Assembly: GCA_964482015.1 (NCBI GenBank)
Contig: CAYZYF010000002.1
Span: forward strand, 26,639-90,638
Origin: an uncultured Synergistaceae bacterium
GTDB lineage: Bacteria > Synergistota > Synergistia > Synergistales > Synergistaceae
DNA: 64,000 nucleotides
Direction of reading: 5' to 3'
The notes under the pieces are model-generated. The model saw only the letters and a program-made list of their open reading frames with translations, was not told where the DNA came from and searched no databases. Below, in pieces: positions 1-10,207 of this stretch. The translations under genes and the position numbers were made by a program. Each line of letters opens with the position of its first letter. Within the stretch, counting starts at the first letter, position 1.

Positions 1-1
1 C

Positions 2-1018
2 CGGATCCAGCAGATCATGGAATGGAGGCTGAACGAGGGCGCCAAAGAGGTCAAAGCGGCATGGGGAGCGGGTGTCTGCGTGGATCCCACAACTGGTGAA
101 GTAATTGCGCTGGCAAGTTATCCGTCGCTTGACCCGAACGACAGGGTAAGCCTCAAAAATCAGGACGCAGTCAGAAACAATGTGGTGGGCAGGGTTTTTG
201 AGCCGGGCTCCATCTTTAAGCCGATCACGATGTCGATAGCTCTGGAGACAGCCGCAGCAAACAGAAACAGCACATACTACTGCAGAGGAACAATGATACT
301 TGCGGACAAGACGATGAGTGACGTAAATAAAAAGGCGCATGGCCGGCAGACCATCACTCAGGTCCTCATGAATTCGTGCAATATAGGCATGAGCCTGATG
401 TCGATGGGAGTACCCAGACATCAGGCATACGGCATGCTTAAGCAGTTCGGATTCGGCGAGAAGACGGAGATCGAACTTGCGGGAGAGGAGTCCGGACTCA
501 TCAAGTCGCCCGAGGAGTGGCTGGGCACCGTGCCCGCCAATATTTTCATAGGCCAGGGAATAGCTGTAACGCCCCTGCAGGCGGTCATGGCCATATCAAG
601 CATAGCAAACGGGGGCAAACTGCTTAAGCCATACCTTATATCCGAGGTCACGGACAGCGATGGCGCGGTCATCCACAAAGGCGGTAAAAGAGTCCGATAC
701 CAGGTAATGTCAGCGGGAAGCGCCGATTTTATGCGCGGCGCAATGGCGAAAGTAGTAAGCGAAGGGGGAGGCAAGCCGGTATTCTCAAACAAAGTGAGCA
801 TAGCCGGGAAGACGGGAACCGCTCAGATCGCCTCAGGGGGACAATATGCAAAAGGGCAGTATGTCGCCTCATTTGTGGGCTTCTGGCCGGCGGAAAAGCC
901 CAAATATGTGATGATGATCACCCTCGGTGAACCAAAAGGATCAAGATATTACGGCGGACAGATCGCGGCTCCTATCTTTAAGTCTATAGTCGAGGACGTG
1001 GTCCAGATCGCGCCATAG
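2..1018 (+). CDS. ftsI: Penicillin-binding protein FtsI/PBP3 family, C-terminal part (5' truncated by window)
   Basis: Transpeptidase motifs EPGSIFK (SxxK), SCN (SxN) and KTGTAQ; first gene of the dcw cluster. Confidence 0.9.
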   Translation, partial: RIQQIMEWRLNEGAKEVKAAWGAGVCVDPTTGEVIALASYPSLDPNDRVSLKNQDAVRNNVVGRVFEPGSIFKPITMSIALETAAANRNSTYYCRGTMILADKTMSDVNKKAHGRQTITQVLMNSCNIGMSLMSMGVPRHQAYGMLKQFGFGEKTEIELAGEESGLIKSPEEWLGTVPANIFIGQGIAVTPLQAVMAISSIANGGKLLKPYLISEVTDSDGAVIHKGGKRVRYQVMSAGSADFMRGAMAKVVSEGGGKPVFSNKVSIAGKTGTAQIASGGQYAKGQYVASFVGFWPAEKPKYVMMITLGEPKGSRYYGGQIAAPIFKSIVEDVVQIAP

Positions 1019-1134
1019 CGGGAAAAGTGAGGGATTTTTTCACGCGTACGGAGAATAGAATTTTTTGCGGACAACACCGGAGCAAAAAACTCCGCTTAAG
1101 TTAAAATAACAGCAGGATCTTTGGGGGTGTGCTC

Positions 1135-2637
1135 ATGAAATTAAGCAGTCTGGTCTCTCTGTTGGAACAAAGCCCCCTTGAGGTACGTTTTCATTGCTCC
1201 TCCGGCGAAGATGCCGCGTCAGTCGAAATATCTAGCCTTGTATCAGACAGCAGGGTGGTCACCGCCGGATCCCTATTTGCCTGCGTTCCCGGCGATCACA
1301 CGGACGGCCACGGTTTTGCCGGTGCCGCCGTTCGCTCGGGAGCCGCGGCCCTTCTCTGCGAATACCCCTTGGATCTCGAGATCCCTCAGATCATATGCCC
1401 TGATGTCAGGCGCAGCATGGGCAGGGTCGCCTCCATCCTTTACGGGGAACCATCCTCGAAACTTCTCATGGTCGCTGTAACCGGCACAAACGGGAAGACT
1501 ACCTCATCTTTTATGATCAGGTCGATTCTTGAGAGTTCAGGCATTAAAACGGGGATCTTAGGCACTGTCCTGTGCGGCGACGGCCTGAGGAGAGAGGACT
1601 CCGAACACACGACGCCCGAGGGTTCGGACCTCCAGAGGTGGCTTTACAGAATGCTGAGCAACGGCTGCAAAGCCTGCGTAATGGAGGCGTCATCGCATTC
1701 CATAAGCCAGGGAAGGCTTGAGGGCGCCCTATTTGACCGAGCCGGTTTTACCAACCTTACAGTCGACCACCTGAACTATCATCAAGACATGGAATCGTAT
1801 TACAGGGCAAAGAAGGTCCTTTTTGAGAGGTATATGAAGAAAGAGATGTATGCTGCGGTAAACTCAGATGACGAGTACGGCCGCCGAATTGCCGGCGAAC
1901 TTGGAGCCCGCTGCTGCCGTTACGGGATGGCTGACAGGACGGCGGATTTTTACGCATCGGTTGAGGGCCTCTCTATCGAGGGTACGGATGTACGGCTGAT
2001 TTCGCCATACTCCTCGGGAGAGAGAAAACTCAGGATCCCTCTGCTGGGCACATACAACGTTATGAACGCGCTTCAGGCCCTCTCCCTCTGCTGGAGCATG
2101 GATGTGCCCTATGAAGCCGCAGCTGAGGGGCTTTTGAAAATGGATCAGGTCCCGGGCCGTCTTGAGAGATACCTTATAGAGGGAAGCGGAACCTGCGTAA
2201 TAGATTTTGCGCACAATCCCGATGGACTGAAGAAGATACTTACAGCCCTGAGGTCGGTCTGTACCGGGAAGATCTCTGTTGTTTTCGGAGCGGGCGGCGA
2301 GAGCGACCGAAGCAAGCGGCCGATAATGGGAGAAGTCGCCTCATCGCTGGCCGATCTTGTGATAATAAGCTCGGACAATCCGAAGAGCGAGGACCCTCTG
2401 GCAATAGCTGGTGAGATAGAAATGGGCGCATCAAAATATCCGACCGAACGGAAGATCATAACAGAGAGGGAGGAAGCCGTAGGTTTCGGCCTGGAAAGGC
2501 TCATGCCCGGCGATATCCTTCTGTTGGCGGGCAAGGGCCCCGAGACTTCGCAGGTGCTGAAGGAGGGTCCCGTTCCCTATTCGGACAGGGAGGCAATGCT
2601 GAGCTGGTGTGAGCAAAGGGGCAGGACGATAAGATAA
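1135..2637 (+). CDS. murE: MurE-family Mur ligase, paralog 1 (atypical substrate pocket: GGESD, DNPK, GKGPE)
   Basis: VTGTNGKTT P-loop, HTTPEG, MEASSH, DFAHNPD; colinear with the adjacent murE; ATG at 1135 after GGGGGTG. Confidence 0.85.
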   Translation: MKLSSLVSLLEQSPLEVRFHCSSGEDAASVEISSLVSDSRVVTAGSLFACVPGDHTDGHGFAGAAVRSGAAALLCEYPLDLEIPQIICPDVRRSMGRVASILYGEPSSKLLMVAVTGTNGKTTSSFMIRSILESSGIKTGILGTVLCGDGLRREDSEHTTPEGSDLQRWLYRMLSNGCKACVMEASSHSISQGRLEGALFDRAGFTNLTVDHLNYHQDMESYYRAKKVLFERYMKKEMYAAVNSDDEYGRRIAGELGARCCRYGMADRTADFYASVEGLSIEGTDVRLISPYSSGERKLRIPLLGTYNVMNALQALSLCWSMDVPYEAAAEGLLKMDQVPGRLERYLIEGSGTCVIDFAHNPDGLKKILTALRSVCTGKISVVFGAGGESDRSKRPIMGEVASSLADLVIISSDNPKSEDPLAIAGEIEMGASKYPTERKIITEREEAVGFGLERLMPGDILLLAGKGPETSQVLKEGPVPYSDREAMLSWCEQRGRTIR

Positions 2638-2708
2638 GGCCGTCCGAAGCCGGAGACGAAGATTTTTGAGCTTGTGCATGAACAAAACCTTGATGCGAGG
2701 TGTTTGCT

Positions 2709-4214
2709 TTGAGAATGGATGAACTGCTCTACAGGCTCGCAAACAGCGATATAAAACACGACCTGTGGCTTCCTGAGGGATTCGATCCGTCAGATGGGGC
2801 CGAGATCACGCGCCTTGTTTCGGACAGCAGAAAAGCCGAGGCCGGGACGCTGTTTGCCTGTGTCAGGGGAGATCACAGCGATGGGCACGACTTCGCAGAA
2901 AAGGCTTTTTCCGGCGGAACTGCCATGCTCCTATGCGAAAGAAGGCTTGACCTGCCGGTGCCTCAGATCATTTCAACGGAGATCAGGCGTAATATGGGGA
3001 GAGTTGCATCCATACTTTACGGGGAGCCCTCAAAGAAAATGAAGATGATCGCGGTGACCGGCACAAACGGAAAGACTACGTCAGTCTTCATGACCAGGTC
3101 GATCCTCGAGGACTCCGGGATCAAGACAGGCCTGCTGGGCACCATATATTACGACGACGGTGAAAATTCGGCCGAAGCGGAACACACGACACCGGAGGGA
3201 GCTGACCTGCAGCTTTGGCTGGCTAGAATGGCGAAGAACGGCTGCAGCGCCTGTGTTATGGAGACTTCCTCGCACGCGGTCGAGCAAGGACGCATCGACG
3301 GCATCCTTTTCGACGGGGCGGGGTTTACTAACCTGACGGTCGATCATCTGGATTACCACAAGGATATGGAGAGATATTACTCCGCAAAAAAAACGCTTTT
3401 TAAAGATTATTTGGCTGATGATGGGATCGCATCCGTAAACGTCGATGACAGCTACGGCAAAAGACTTTACGATGAACTTGCCGAAAGGGCGCTGGCCTAC
3501 GGCATAAAGAATAGGGACTCGGACTTTTTCGCGGAGATAGGTAGTGTTTCGGCTGAGGGCATAGCCATCTCGATAAGTGCGCCCAAGCCCTGGGGCTCCT
3601 TTGAGGCGAGGCTTCCTATGCTAGGTGAATATAATGTCCTGAACGCGCTTCAGGCCCTCTCTCTTTCTAAATCCCTGGGGATCGATAAGGAGTGCGCTCT
3701 CGAGGGGCTGCAGAGGATGAAGCAAATCCCCGGCCGCCTCGAAAGATATCTCATCGAAGGGAGCGGCGCCTGCGTCATAGATTTCGCCCATAGCCCCGAC
3801 AGCCTGGAGAAGGTACTCTCGACGCTGCAAAGGGTCTGTGAGGGCAAGCTGATCGTCGTCTTCGGAGCCGGAGGGGACAGGGACAAAACAAAGAGACCCA
3901 TTATGGGAGAAATAGCAGGTAGGGTCGCCGATTCAATGATAATTACTTCGGATAATCCGCGAAGCGAGGATCCATACAGGATAATTTCGGAGATAGAGGC
4001 GGGCGCCGCCCTCCATCCCACCGAGAGAAAAGTTGTATGCGACAGAAAAGCGGCGATAATTGAAGGCCTCGAAATGTCCGCCCCAGGCGATATCCTGCTC
4101 ATCGCCGGCAGGGGACATGAATCTCATCAGATCCTGAAGGACGGGCCGATACCGTTTTTGGACAGGGACGCGGTGCTCGAGTGGTGCGCCAGAAAAGGCA
4201 AGGAGGTGGGATGA
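2709..4214 (+). CDS. murE: UDP-MurNAc-L-Ala-D-Glu--meso-DAP ligase MurE, paralog 2 (canonical)
   Basis: VTGTNGKTT, DHLDYH, GGDRD, DNPRSEDP, GRGHE; TTG start after GAGGTG. Confidence 0.93.
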   Translation: MRMDELLYRLANSDIKHDLWLPEGFDPSDGAEITRLVSDSRKAEAGTLFACVRGDHSDGHDFAEKAFSGGTAMLLCERRLDLPVPQIISTEIRRNMGRVASILYGEPSKKMKMIAVTGTNGKTTSVFMTRSILEDSGIKTGLLGTIYYDDGENSAEAEHTTPEGADLQLWLARMAKNGCSACVMETSSHAVEQGRIDGILFDGAGFTNLTVDHLDYHKDMERYYSAKKTLFKDYLADDGIASVNVDDSYGKRLYDELAERALAYGIKNRDSDFFAEIGSVSAEGIAISISAPKPWGSFEARLPMLGEYNVLNALQALSLSKSLGIDKECALEGLQRMKQIPGRLERYLIEGSGACVIDFAHSPDSLEKVLSTLQRVCEGKLIVVFGAGGDRDKTKRPIMGEIAGRVADSMIITSDNPRSEDPYRIISEIEAGAALHPTERKVVCDRKAAIIEGLEMSAPGDILLIAGRGHESHQILKDGPIPFLDRDAVLEWCARKGKEVG

Positions 4215-5620
4215 TGCCGAAGATAATGGCCTCAGACGCGGCAAGATGGTCCGGCGGAAGGCTTATGGGCCCCGACAGGCAGCTAAGCAGGACGTGGAAG
4301 AACGACAGCAGGGAGATAGCTCCCGGAGACGCTTTTGCTGCGCTAAAGGGAGAAAAGAGCGACGGGCACCTTCATGCTCTCGGAGCGGTTGAGAGGGGAG
4401 CCAAACTGTTGCTGATGAACGCGTCGGATCCCGGGATACCGGCCCTGGAGGCGCCGGAATACGCCGATGTGACGGTAATAGCCGTACCGGAGACGGAGAC
4501 CGCCCTTCCCAGGATAGCCTCAGAGTATTTGAAAGCCGCTGCCCCGGCAGTGACGGCCATTACCGGAAGTGTCGGAAAGACCACTGCCAGAGAGCTTGCG
4601 CTCACCCTTTTGGGCAAGGACAAAAAGGTACACGGTGCGATCCGCAGCTATAATACCTTGATCGGATGCAGCCTTACCGTGCTCTCAATGCCCGAGGAGA
4701 CAGAGGTGCTGCTCCTTGAGTTCGGAACAAACCATTTCGGTGAGATCAAGGAGCTCGTATCCTTTTTCCCGCCGGAGATCGCCGTGATAACGGAGGTAGC
4801 GCCCGCCCATCTTGAGGGATTCGGTACGGTTGAGGGAGTTCTGGAGGCCAAAACGGAGATATGCGGATCTGAAAAATTGAAAATGTTGATTTACAACTCC
4901 GATTGCGGACTGCTCGAAAACAAATTGTCCTATAAATTTAATAACATTGAAAAAATCGGTGTGGGCAAGGGCAGCAGCTCATATCTTCGGATAATAGGAT
5001 CTGACCTCCGTCTCGGAGCGGATGGAGCCGAGCTCATATCGGAGTTTAGCGTTGGCGGCAGGAATTTGAGCTTTAAGACAAACCTGTACGGTCTTCAGCA
5101 TTCGTACAACGTTGCTTACGCCTATTTGATCGCTGTCCATTTTGGGGTCAGCGAGGATGAGATAAAGGAAAGACTGTTAGCGTTTAAACCTATATCAGGC
5201 AGGGGAGTCTGTAAAAAACTGCCCGGAAACATATGGGTCATCGATGAGGCCTACAATGCAAATCCGAGCTCGATGACGGCGGCGATCGAAAACACACGGC
5301 GTGTATCCGAACATTCGGGCCTTTCATCGTACGCGGTGCTGGGAGGAATGAGAGAACTGGGAGACTCCTCTCCGTTTTGGCACGGAGAGATCCTTAAGTC
5401 AGCCGGTTTTTTCAAAAGACTTATCCTTTTGGGTGAGGAGTGGTTTTATGCCGGCGCCGAACTGCCGGATAATGCGGAGAGATATCACGCGTTCAGCGAG
5501 ATAACTCATCTCGCCGGGGAGCTCATGGATCCCGACTCGGTGATACTTGTAAAGGGATCGAACTCTTATGGGCTGAAAAAGTTTGTCGCGCTGCTTGCGG
5601 AGGGAAGCCATGTATACTGA
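4211..5620 (+). CDS. murF: UDP-MurNAc-tripeptide--D-Ala-D-Ala ligase
   Basis: ITGSVGKTT, AHLEGFG, DEAYNANPSSM, GGMRELG, LVKGS; ATGA overlap with murE. Confidence 0.93.
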   Translation: MMPKIMASDAARWSGGRLMGPDRQLSRTWKNDSREIAPGDAFAALKGEKSDGHLHALGAVERGAKLLLMNASDPGIPALEAPEYADVTVIAVPETETALPRIASEYLKAAAPAVTAITGSVGKTTARELALTLLGKDKKVHGAIRSYNTLIGCSLTVLSMPEETEVLLLEFGTNHFGEIKELVSFFPPEIAVITEVAPAHLEGFGTVEGVLEAKTEICGSEKLKMLIYNSDCGLLENKLSYKFNNIEKIGVGKGSSSYLRIIGSDLRLGADGAELISEFSVGGRNLSFKTNLYGLQHSYNVAYAYLIAVHFGVSEDEIKERLLAFKPISGRGVCKKLPGNIWVIDEAYNANPSSMTAAIENTRRVSEHSGLSSYAVLGGMRELGDSSPFWHGEILKSAGFFKRLILLGEEWFYAGAELPDNAERYHAFSEITHLAGELMDPDSVILVKGSNSYGLKKFVALLAEGSHVY

Positions 5621-6575
5621 GTTTGTCCTCGTCTTCATCCTTTCGCTGCTTTTGGAGATCTGTCTGCAAAGGCGGTGGATCACGAAAATGCGCGCCATGA
5701 AGATAGAACAGGTAACTAAGCTCTATGGCCCCGCTTGGCATGAGGAATTGAAAACAGGCACCCCAACTATGGGAGGGGCGGTCTTTCCTTTCGTCTTTGT
5801 CGTTTCTGCCGCGGCCGGAGTCTTTCTGACGCCCTTTTCGGATATTCATGTTATCGCGAAGATAGCTGCCTACCCGCTGCTTGCAGCCGCGGTCGGCCTT
5901 GCCGATGACTGGCTGAAGTACGCCAGGCATTCAAGCGACGGGCTCAAAAGCGTTCAAAAACTTGTGCTCCAGGTATTGATAACAGTTCCTTGGGCTCTCT
6001 GGATAACCAATGACACGCTTTGGCTTTTGCCCAGCATAGCTTTGCCCCGTTGTCCCGCCATCCTTTTACTCATATTTGCCGGAGTGGGACTCCAGAACGC
6101 CGTAAATGTCACCGATGGGCTCGATGGGCTCGCATCCGGTTCTGTCCTGATATCTCTTCTCGGCGCGCTCTCCTTTCTTGGAGGAGACCCGTCCGTAGTC
6201 ATTTGCATAGGAGCGGCTGCGGGGATTTGTATGGGCTTTTTATGGCACAATTCATTTCCCGCGAGCGTATTCATGGGAGATGTGGGCGCGCATTTTTTTG
6301 CGGGACTCCTGCTTTCTCTCTGCGTTGTATCAGGGGCTTTTTTATTTGTGATCCCAATATCCTTCATATTCGGAGCGGAGATACTCTCAGTGGCGCTGCA
6401 GATCCTGTCTATAAGAGGTTTCGGTAAAAAGGTTTTCCTGATGAGCCCGATCCACCACCACTTTGAAATGTTGGGGTGGAGGGAGACCGTTATAGTCGCC
6501 CGATTTTGGATCGTCCATGCTGCGGGAATGCTCGTAGTTATGATGTTGATATTTTTATTGCTTTCCGGTCTATGA
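5610..6575 (+). CDS. mraY: Phospho-N-acetylmuramoyl-pentapeptide transferase
   Basis: KTGTPTMGG, DD pair, NAVNVTDGLDGL, FMGDVG, PIHHHFE; multi-TM. Confidence 0.95.
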   Translation: MYTEFVLVFILSLLLEICLQRRWITKMRAMKIEQVTKLYGPAWHEELKTGTPTMGGAVFPFVFVVSAAAGVFLTPFSDIHVIAKIAAYPLLAAAVGLADDWLKYARHSSDGLKSVQKLVLQVLITVPWALWITNDTLWLLPSIALPRCPAILLLIFAGVGLQNAVNVTDGLDGLASGSVLISLLGALSFLGGDPSVVICIGAAAGICMGFLWHNSFPASVFMGDVGAHFFAGLLLSLCVVSGAFLFVIPISFIFGAEILSVALQILSIRGFGKKVFLMSPIHHHFEMLGWRETVIVARFWIVHAAGMLVVMMLIFLLLSGL

Positions 6576-6621
6576 TAGGGCGGTATGCGGATCAGACCGT
6601 TTTTGAATCGGGGGAGTCGGC

Positions 6622-7989
6622 ATGAAAAATGATCTAAGGTACAGGGGAAAAAAGATTTCGGTAATGGGCGGCGGCGTCAGCGGGAGGTCTCTCGCTGTGC
6701 TGGCCCAAAAGATCGGAGCCGACGTTTTTGTGTCGGACGCTAAAAAACCGGGTGGAGAGAGCCTTTGCCTTTTTGACTCACAGGGCATAGAGTGGGAAAC
6801 GGGCGGGCATAGCGATAGGTTTCTTGATGCGGATGAGATCATAGTCAGTTCGGGGATCTCGCATGAGGCTCCGATACTTTTAAGAGCGGTCTCAATGGGC
6901 ATCCCCGTTACGGGCGAGCTTGATTTCGTCTATCCTTTTCTCTCTGGGAAAATAATAGCAATTACCGGCAGCAACGGCAAAACAACCACGGCTTCGATGG
7001 CGGGACACTTTCTCATGAAGTCCGGTGCGGCCTCGCTTACGGTCGGGAACATCGGCGACCCCATAGCCGATGCGGCTTTTGCCAAGACGGATTTTCTCGT
7101 CATCGAACTGAGCAGTTTTCAGCTGAGTGCCGCAAAAAACTTTAGATGCGATGCAGCGGCGGTGACTAACCTCGCCCCGGATCATATAGACTGGCATGGG
7201 TCATACGAAAATTACGCTAAGGCGAAGGCCGTGATCATCAAATGCCTCAATGGCGGAGACCGTGTGATCTTTCAAAAGAGAGACAGAGCTCCGCTGGACA
7301 TTTCAGAAGGTTTCGGGTATCCGCTTTCATGGGAGAGACCATGCGGCGTAAAGGGCATATATATGGACAGAGGCGCGTCGTGCGCGTTCATCATAGGGGA
7401 GGATGGGGAAGGGCCTCTGCAACTCTTGGACTTTGCCTCGGTCAGGCTCCTCGGATCACATAACCTTGAAAACGCGGCTATGGCCTCGGCCTCCCTTTTT
7501 CTTCTGGGACAGAAGATCCCTCAGGCGGAAGAAATTTCGGACTTTGAACCTCCGCGCCACAGGTGTGCCTTTGTGGCTTCGTGCAACGGAGTAAAATTTG
7601 TCGATGACTCCAAGGGAACGAACGTAGCCGCCTCCGTAGCGGCAATGAGCTCTCTGGACGGAGACAAGATCATGATCCTCGGAGGGCAGGGTAAGGGCGA
7701 GGACTACGGTCCCCTGGCTGATGCCCTTTCGAAGTACGCCAGAGGCGCGGTCCTGATGGGTTCTGAAAAGGCAAAGATAGCGATGGCTCTGGAGGCGGCG
7801 GGTTATAAAAAGTACATGATCGCTGAAACGATGGAAGATGCTGTAGAGGCGGCTTACAGGCAAGCCTCATCCGGTGACACAGTGCTTTTGTCTCCCGCCT
7901 GCACGAGCTGGGACATGTATCCCGACTATGGTGCCAGAGGGGATCATTTTAGTCGGATCGTCAAGGAAATAATTGAAAGAGGGGCCTGA
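6622..7989 (+). CDS. murD: UDP-MurNAc-L-Ala--D-Glu ligase
   Basis: ITGSNGKTTT, ELSSFQL, DHIDWH, DDSKGTN, LLSPACTSWD. Confidence 0.95.
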   Translation: MKNDLRYRGKKISVMGGGVSGRSLAVLAQKIGADVFVSDAKKPGGESLCLFDSQGIEWETGGHSDRFLDADEIIVSSGISHEAPILLRAVSMGIPVTGELDFVYPFLSGKIIAITGSNGKTTTASMAGHFLMKSGAASLTVGNIGDPIADAAFAKTDFLVIELSSFQLSAAKNFRCDAAAVTNLAPDHIDWHGSYENYAKAKAVIIKCLNGGDRVIFQKRDRAPLDISEGFGYPLSWERPCGVKGIYMDRGASCAFIIGEDGEGPLQLLDFASVRLLGSHNLENAAMASASLFLLGQKIPQAEEISDFEPPRHRCAFVASCNGVKFVDDSKGTNVAASVAAMSSLDGDKIMILGGQGKGEDYGPLADALSKYARGAVLMGSEKAKIAMALEAAGYKKYMIAETMEDAVEAAYRQASSGDTVLLSPACTSWDMYPDYGARGDHFSRIVKEIIERGA

Positions 7990-7993
7990 ATCG

Positions 7994-9118
7994 ATGACGG
8001 CGGAAGATTTTCCGGACATCTCTAAAAGGGTAAAGATGAACCCGTTTATATGGGTCATCCCGCTGATACTGAGCGGGCTCGGCATTCTTATGATCACATC
8101 CACGACAAGCCCGAGCTCCTTTACATCTACGGGCACCCCCTTTCACATGGGGATAAAACAGCTCCAGTGGCTGCTGATAGCGATAGTCGTAATGTTAGTG
8201 ATCTTTGCTATCCCGCTGCGTTTTTGGTATAAAATGAGCGGGGTCCTGCTAATACTCACATGGCTGATGTGCTGGCTGCCTTTGCTGCCGGGTATCGGCG
8301 GCAGTGTAGGGGGTGCCAGCAGGTGGATAAACATCCCCGGGAGCTCGGTCTCGATACAGCCGGGAGAACTTTTTTGCCTTGCCCTTGCGCTTCACCTTGC
8401 CAAGCTTCTTTCCAGGTGGGACAAAGATCCCGGAAAGGCTTTTCTGCTTATCGTGATACTGGTCGGCGCCGGGGCGCTTCCCCTTTCTTTGCAGCCCGAC
8501 CTTGGGACGATCATTCTGGTTTTCGCGGTATCTATGGGCATGTATGTCGAGAGAATAGGCTGGAGGTGGCCGCTGATAGCGGGCACCGCACTGGGAGGGA
8601 TGGCATTCCCGCTTTTGATATTCTTTGAACCGTACAGGATGCGGCGGGTCACGGCCTTCCTCGATCCCTGGAGCGACCCTCTGGACAAGGGCTTTCAGGC
8701 GATACAGGGACTGATCGCATTCGCCAACGGGGGATTTTGGGGCGCCGGGCTGGGACACGGATTTCAGAAGCTCAACTATCTGCCCGCAGCCTACACCGAT
8801 TTTATCTATGCTGCGATAGGAGAGGAACTCGGACTGGCCGGAACTCTGGGCGTGATAGCGCTCTTCGCCTTCTGGGTGAGCCAGACGAGGATGATATATT
8901 ACAGGGTGCCGGACGGATTCAAGCGCTCGCTGACATGGGGATTTACCCTTACGGTAATACTTCCCCTGCTAATAAATGTGGCGGGAGTCACCAAATTGAT
9001 CCCGCTGACGGGGATGCCTCTCCCTTTCATCAGCTACGGGGGCACTGCGCTGCTTATGATGTGGTCCAGAGTGGGCATGATGCTCCGCCTGGAAAAAGAG
9101 AGTTACGCGGGAGGATAG
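7994..9118 (+). CDS. ftsW: SEDS peptidoglycan polymerase FtsW
   Basis: GASRWI, QPGE, QPDLG, TDFIYAAIGEELG, LPFISYGG; located between murD and murG. Confidence 0.92.
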   Translation: MTAEDFPDISKRVKMNPFIWVIPLILSGLGILMITSTTSPSSFTSTGTPFHMGIKQLQWLLIAIVVMLVIFAIPLRFWYKMSGVLLILTWLMCWLPLLPGIGGSVGGASRWINIPGSSVSIQPGELFCLALALHLAKLLSRWDKDPGKAFLLIVILVGAGALPLSLQPDLGTIILVFAVSMGMYVERIGWRWPLIAGTALGGMAFPLLIFFEPYRMRRVTAFLDPWSDPLDKGFQAIQGLIAFANGGFWGAGLGHGFQKLNYLPAAYTDFIYAAIGEELGLAGTLGVIALFAFWVSQTRMIYYRVPDGFKRSLTWGFTLTVILPLLINVAGVTKLIPLTGMPLPFISYGGTALLMMWSRVGMMLRLEKESYAGG

Positions 9119-9122
9119 CGGG

Positions 9123-10193
9123 ATGTCGGCAAAATTGCTCCTGGCAGCCGGAGGGACGGGCGGTCATATATGGCCTGCGATATCCTTCGGGAAATGGATA
9201 GAAAAAAACAAGCCGGAGTCACATGTATCCTATGTTTGCGGAGACCGTCCGCTCGAAACAGAGATATACGGCGCCTCCGGGATAGAGCCGCACAGGCTCA
9301 AAGTAGGCGGGTCGCCCTTTTCAGGGGGAGCACTTGCCAGGATAACAAGGGGATACGGCCAGGCCGCGGCGATCTTTTCGGCTATAGGCCTGCTTAAGTC
9401 GGACCGCCCGGACATAGTCCTTCTTTTCGGAGGTTACGTTTCGTTTCCCCTTCTTACGGCGGCGAAGATCCTTAAGATCCCGGTGATAGCACACGAGCAG
9501 AACGCTTACGCCGGAAGGGTGACCAGGCTGGCGTCGAAGATAGGGGTGGAGGTGCTTTCCGGCTGGGCCGAGTGCGCTCCTTTGCCGGCGTCGAAATTCA
9601 CAAGAATAGGGGTGCCGGTCAGGGAATTCAAAAGGATGCCGCGTGATGCCGCTTGGAAGGCGCTGGAGCTTACCGGCAGCGTACCGGCCGGTCCGATACT
9701 GCTGGTGTTCTCAGGTTCTCTCGGGAGCGGACTGATACGGGATATGGTCACGGAGATCAGCGGTGACGAAGATTTTACCGGGTGGACCTTCATAGTCCCA
9801 GCGGTATCGGAAAAGCTGGAAATTGTCAATAAAAATGTTTTTTTTATGGCTAAAATCTGGGATACGTCGCCTCTTTACAGCCTCGCCGATATGGCTGCAG
9901 TCAGAGGCGGGGGTTCTACGCTGACCGAGGTGGCAATGCTTGGCATACCGGCGCTTGTGATTCCCTGGAGCGGCGCTTCAGACAACCACCAGTATCACAA
10001 CGCGGTCTCTTTTTCCTCCGAAAATAGGGCGATGATCTGGGATGGCTCGGAAGGAAGGAAAGGTTTTGCAAAAAACCTCCTCAGACTGTATGATATCCTG
10101 TCGGATAAAAACGAAAAACAGAGAGAAGCATCACACACCGGCGCGGGGCGCATTTGTGAAGATCTTTGGCTCGCGATCTCTTCGCATATGTGA
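9123..10193 (+). CDS. murG: Lipid I GlcNAc transferase MurG
   Basis: GGTGGHIWP, GGYVS, HEQN, RGGGSTLTE, HQYHNA. Confidence 0.95.
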   Translation: MSAKLLLAAGGTGGHIWPAISFGKWIEKNKPESHVSYVCGDRPLETEIYGASGIEPHRLKVGGSPFSGGALARITRGYGQAAAIFSAIGLLKSDRPDIVLLFGGYVSFPLLTAAKILKIPVIAHEQNAYAGRVTRLASKIGVEVLSGWAECAPLPASKFTRIGVPVREFKRMPRDAAWKALELTGSVPAGPILLVFSGSLGSGLIRDMVTEISGDEDFTGWTFIVPAVSEKLEIVNKNVFFMAKIWDTSPLYSLADMAAVRGGGSTLTEVAMLGIPALVIPWSGASDNHQYHNAVSFSSENRAMIWDGSEGRKGFAKNLLRLYDILSDKNEKQREASHTGAGRICEDLWLAISSHM

Positions 10194-10207
10194 AAGGAGA
10201 GGTTATT

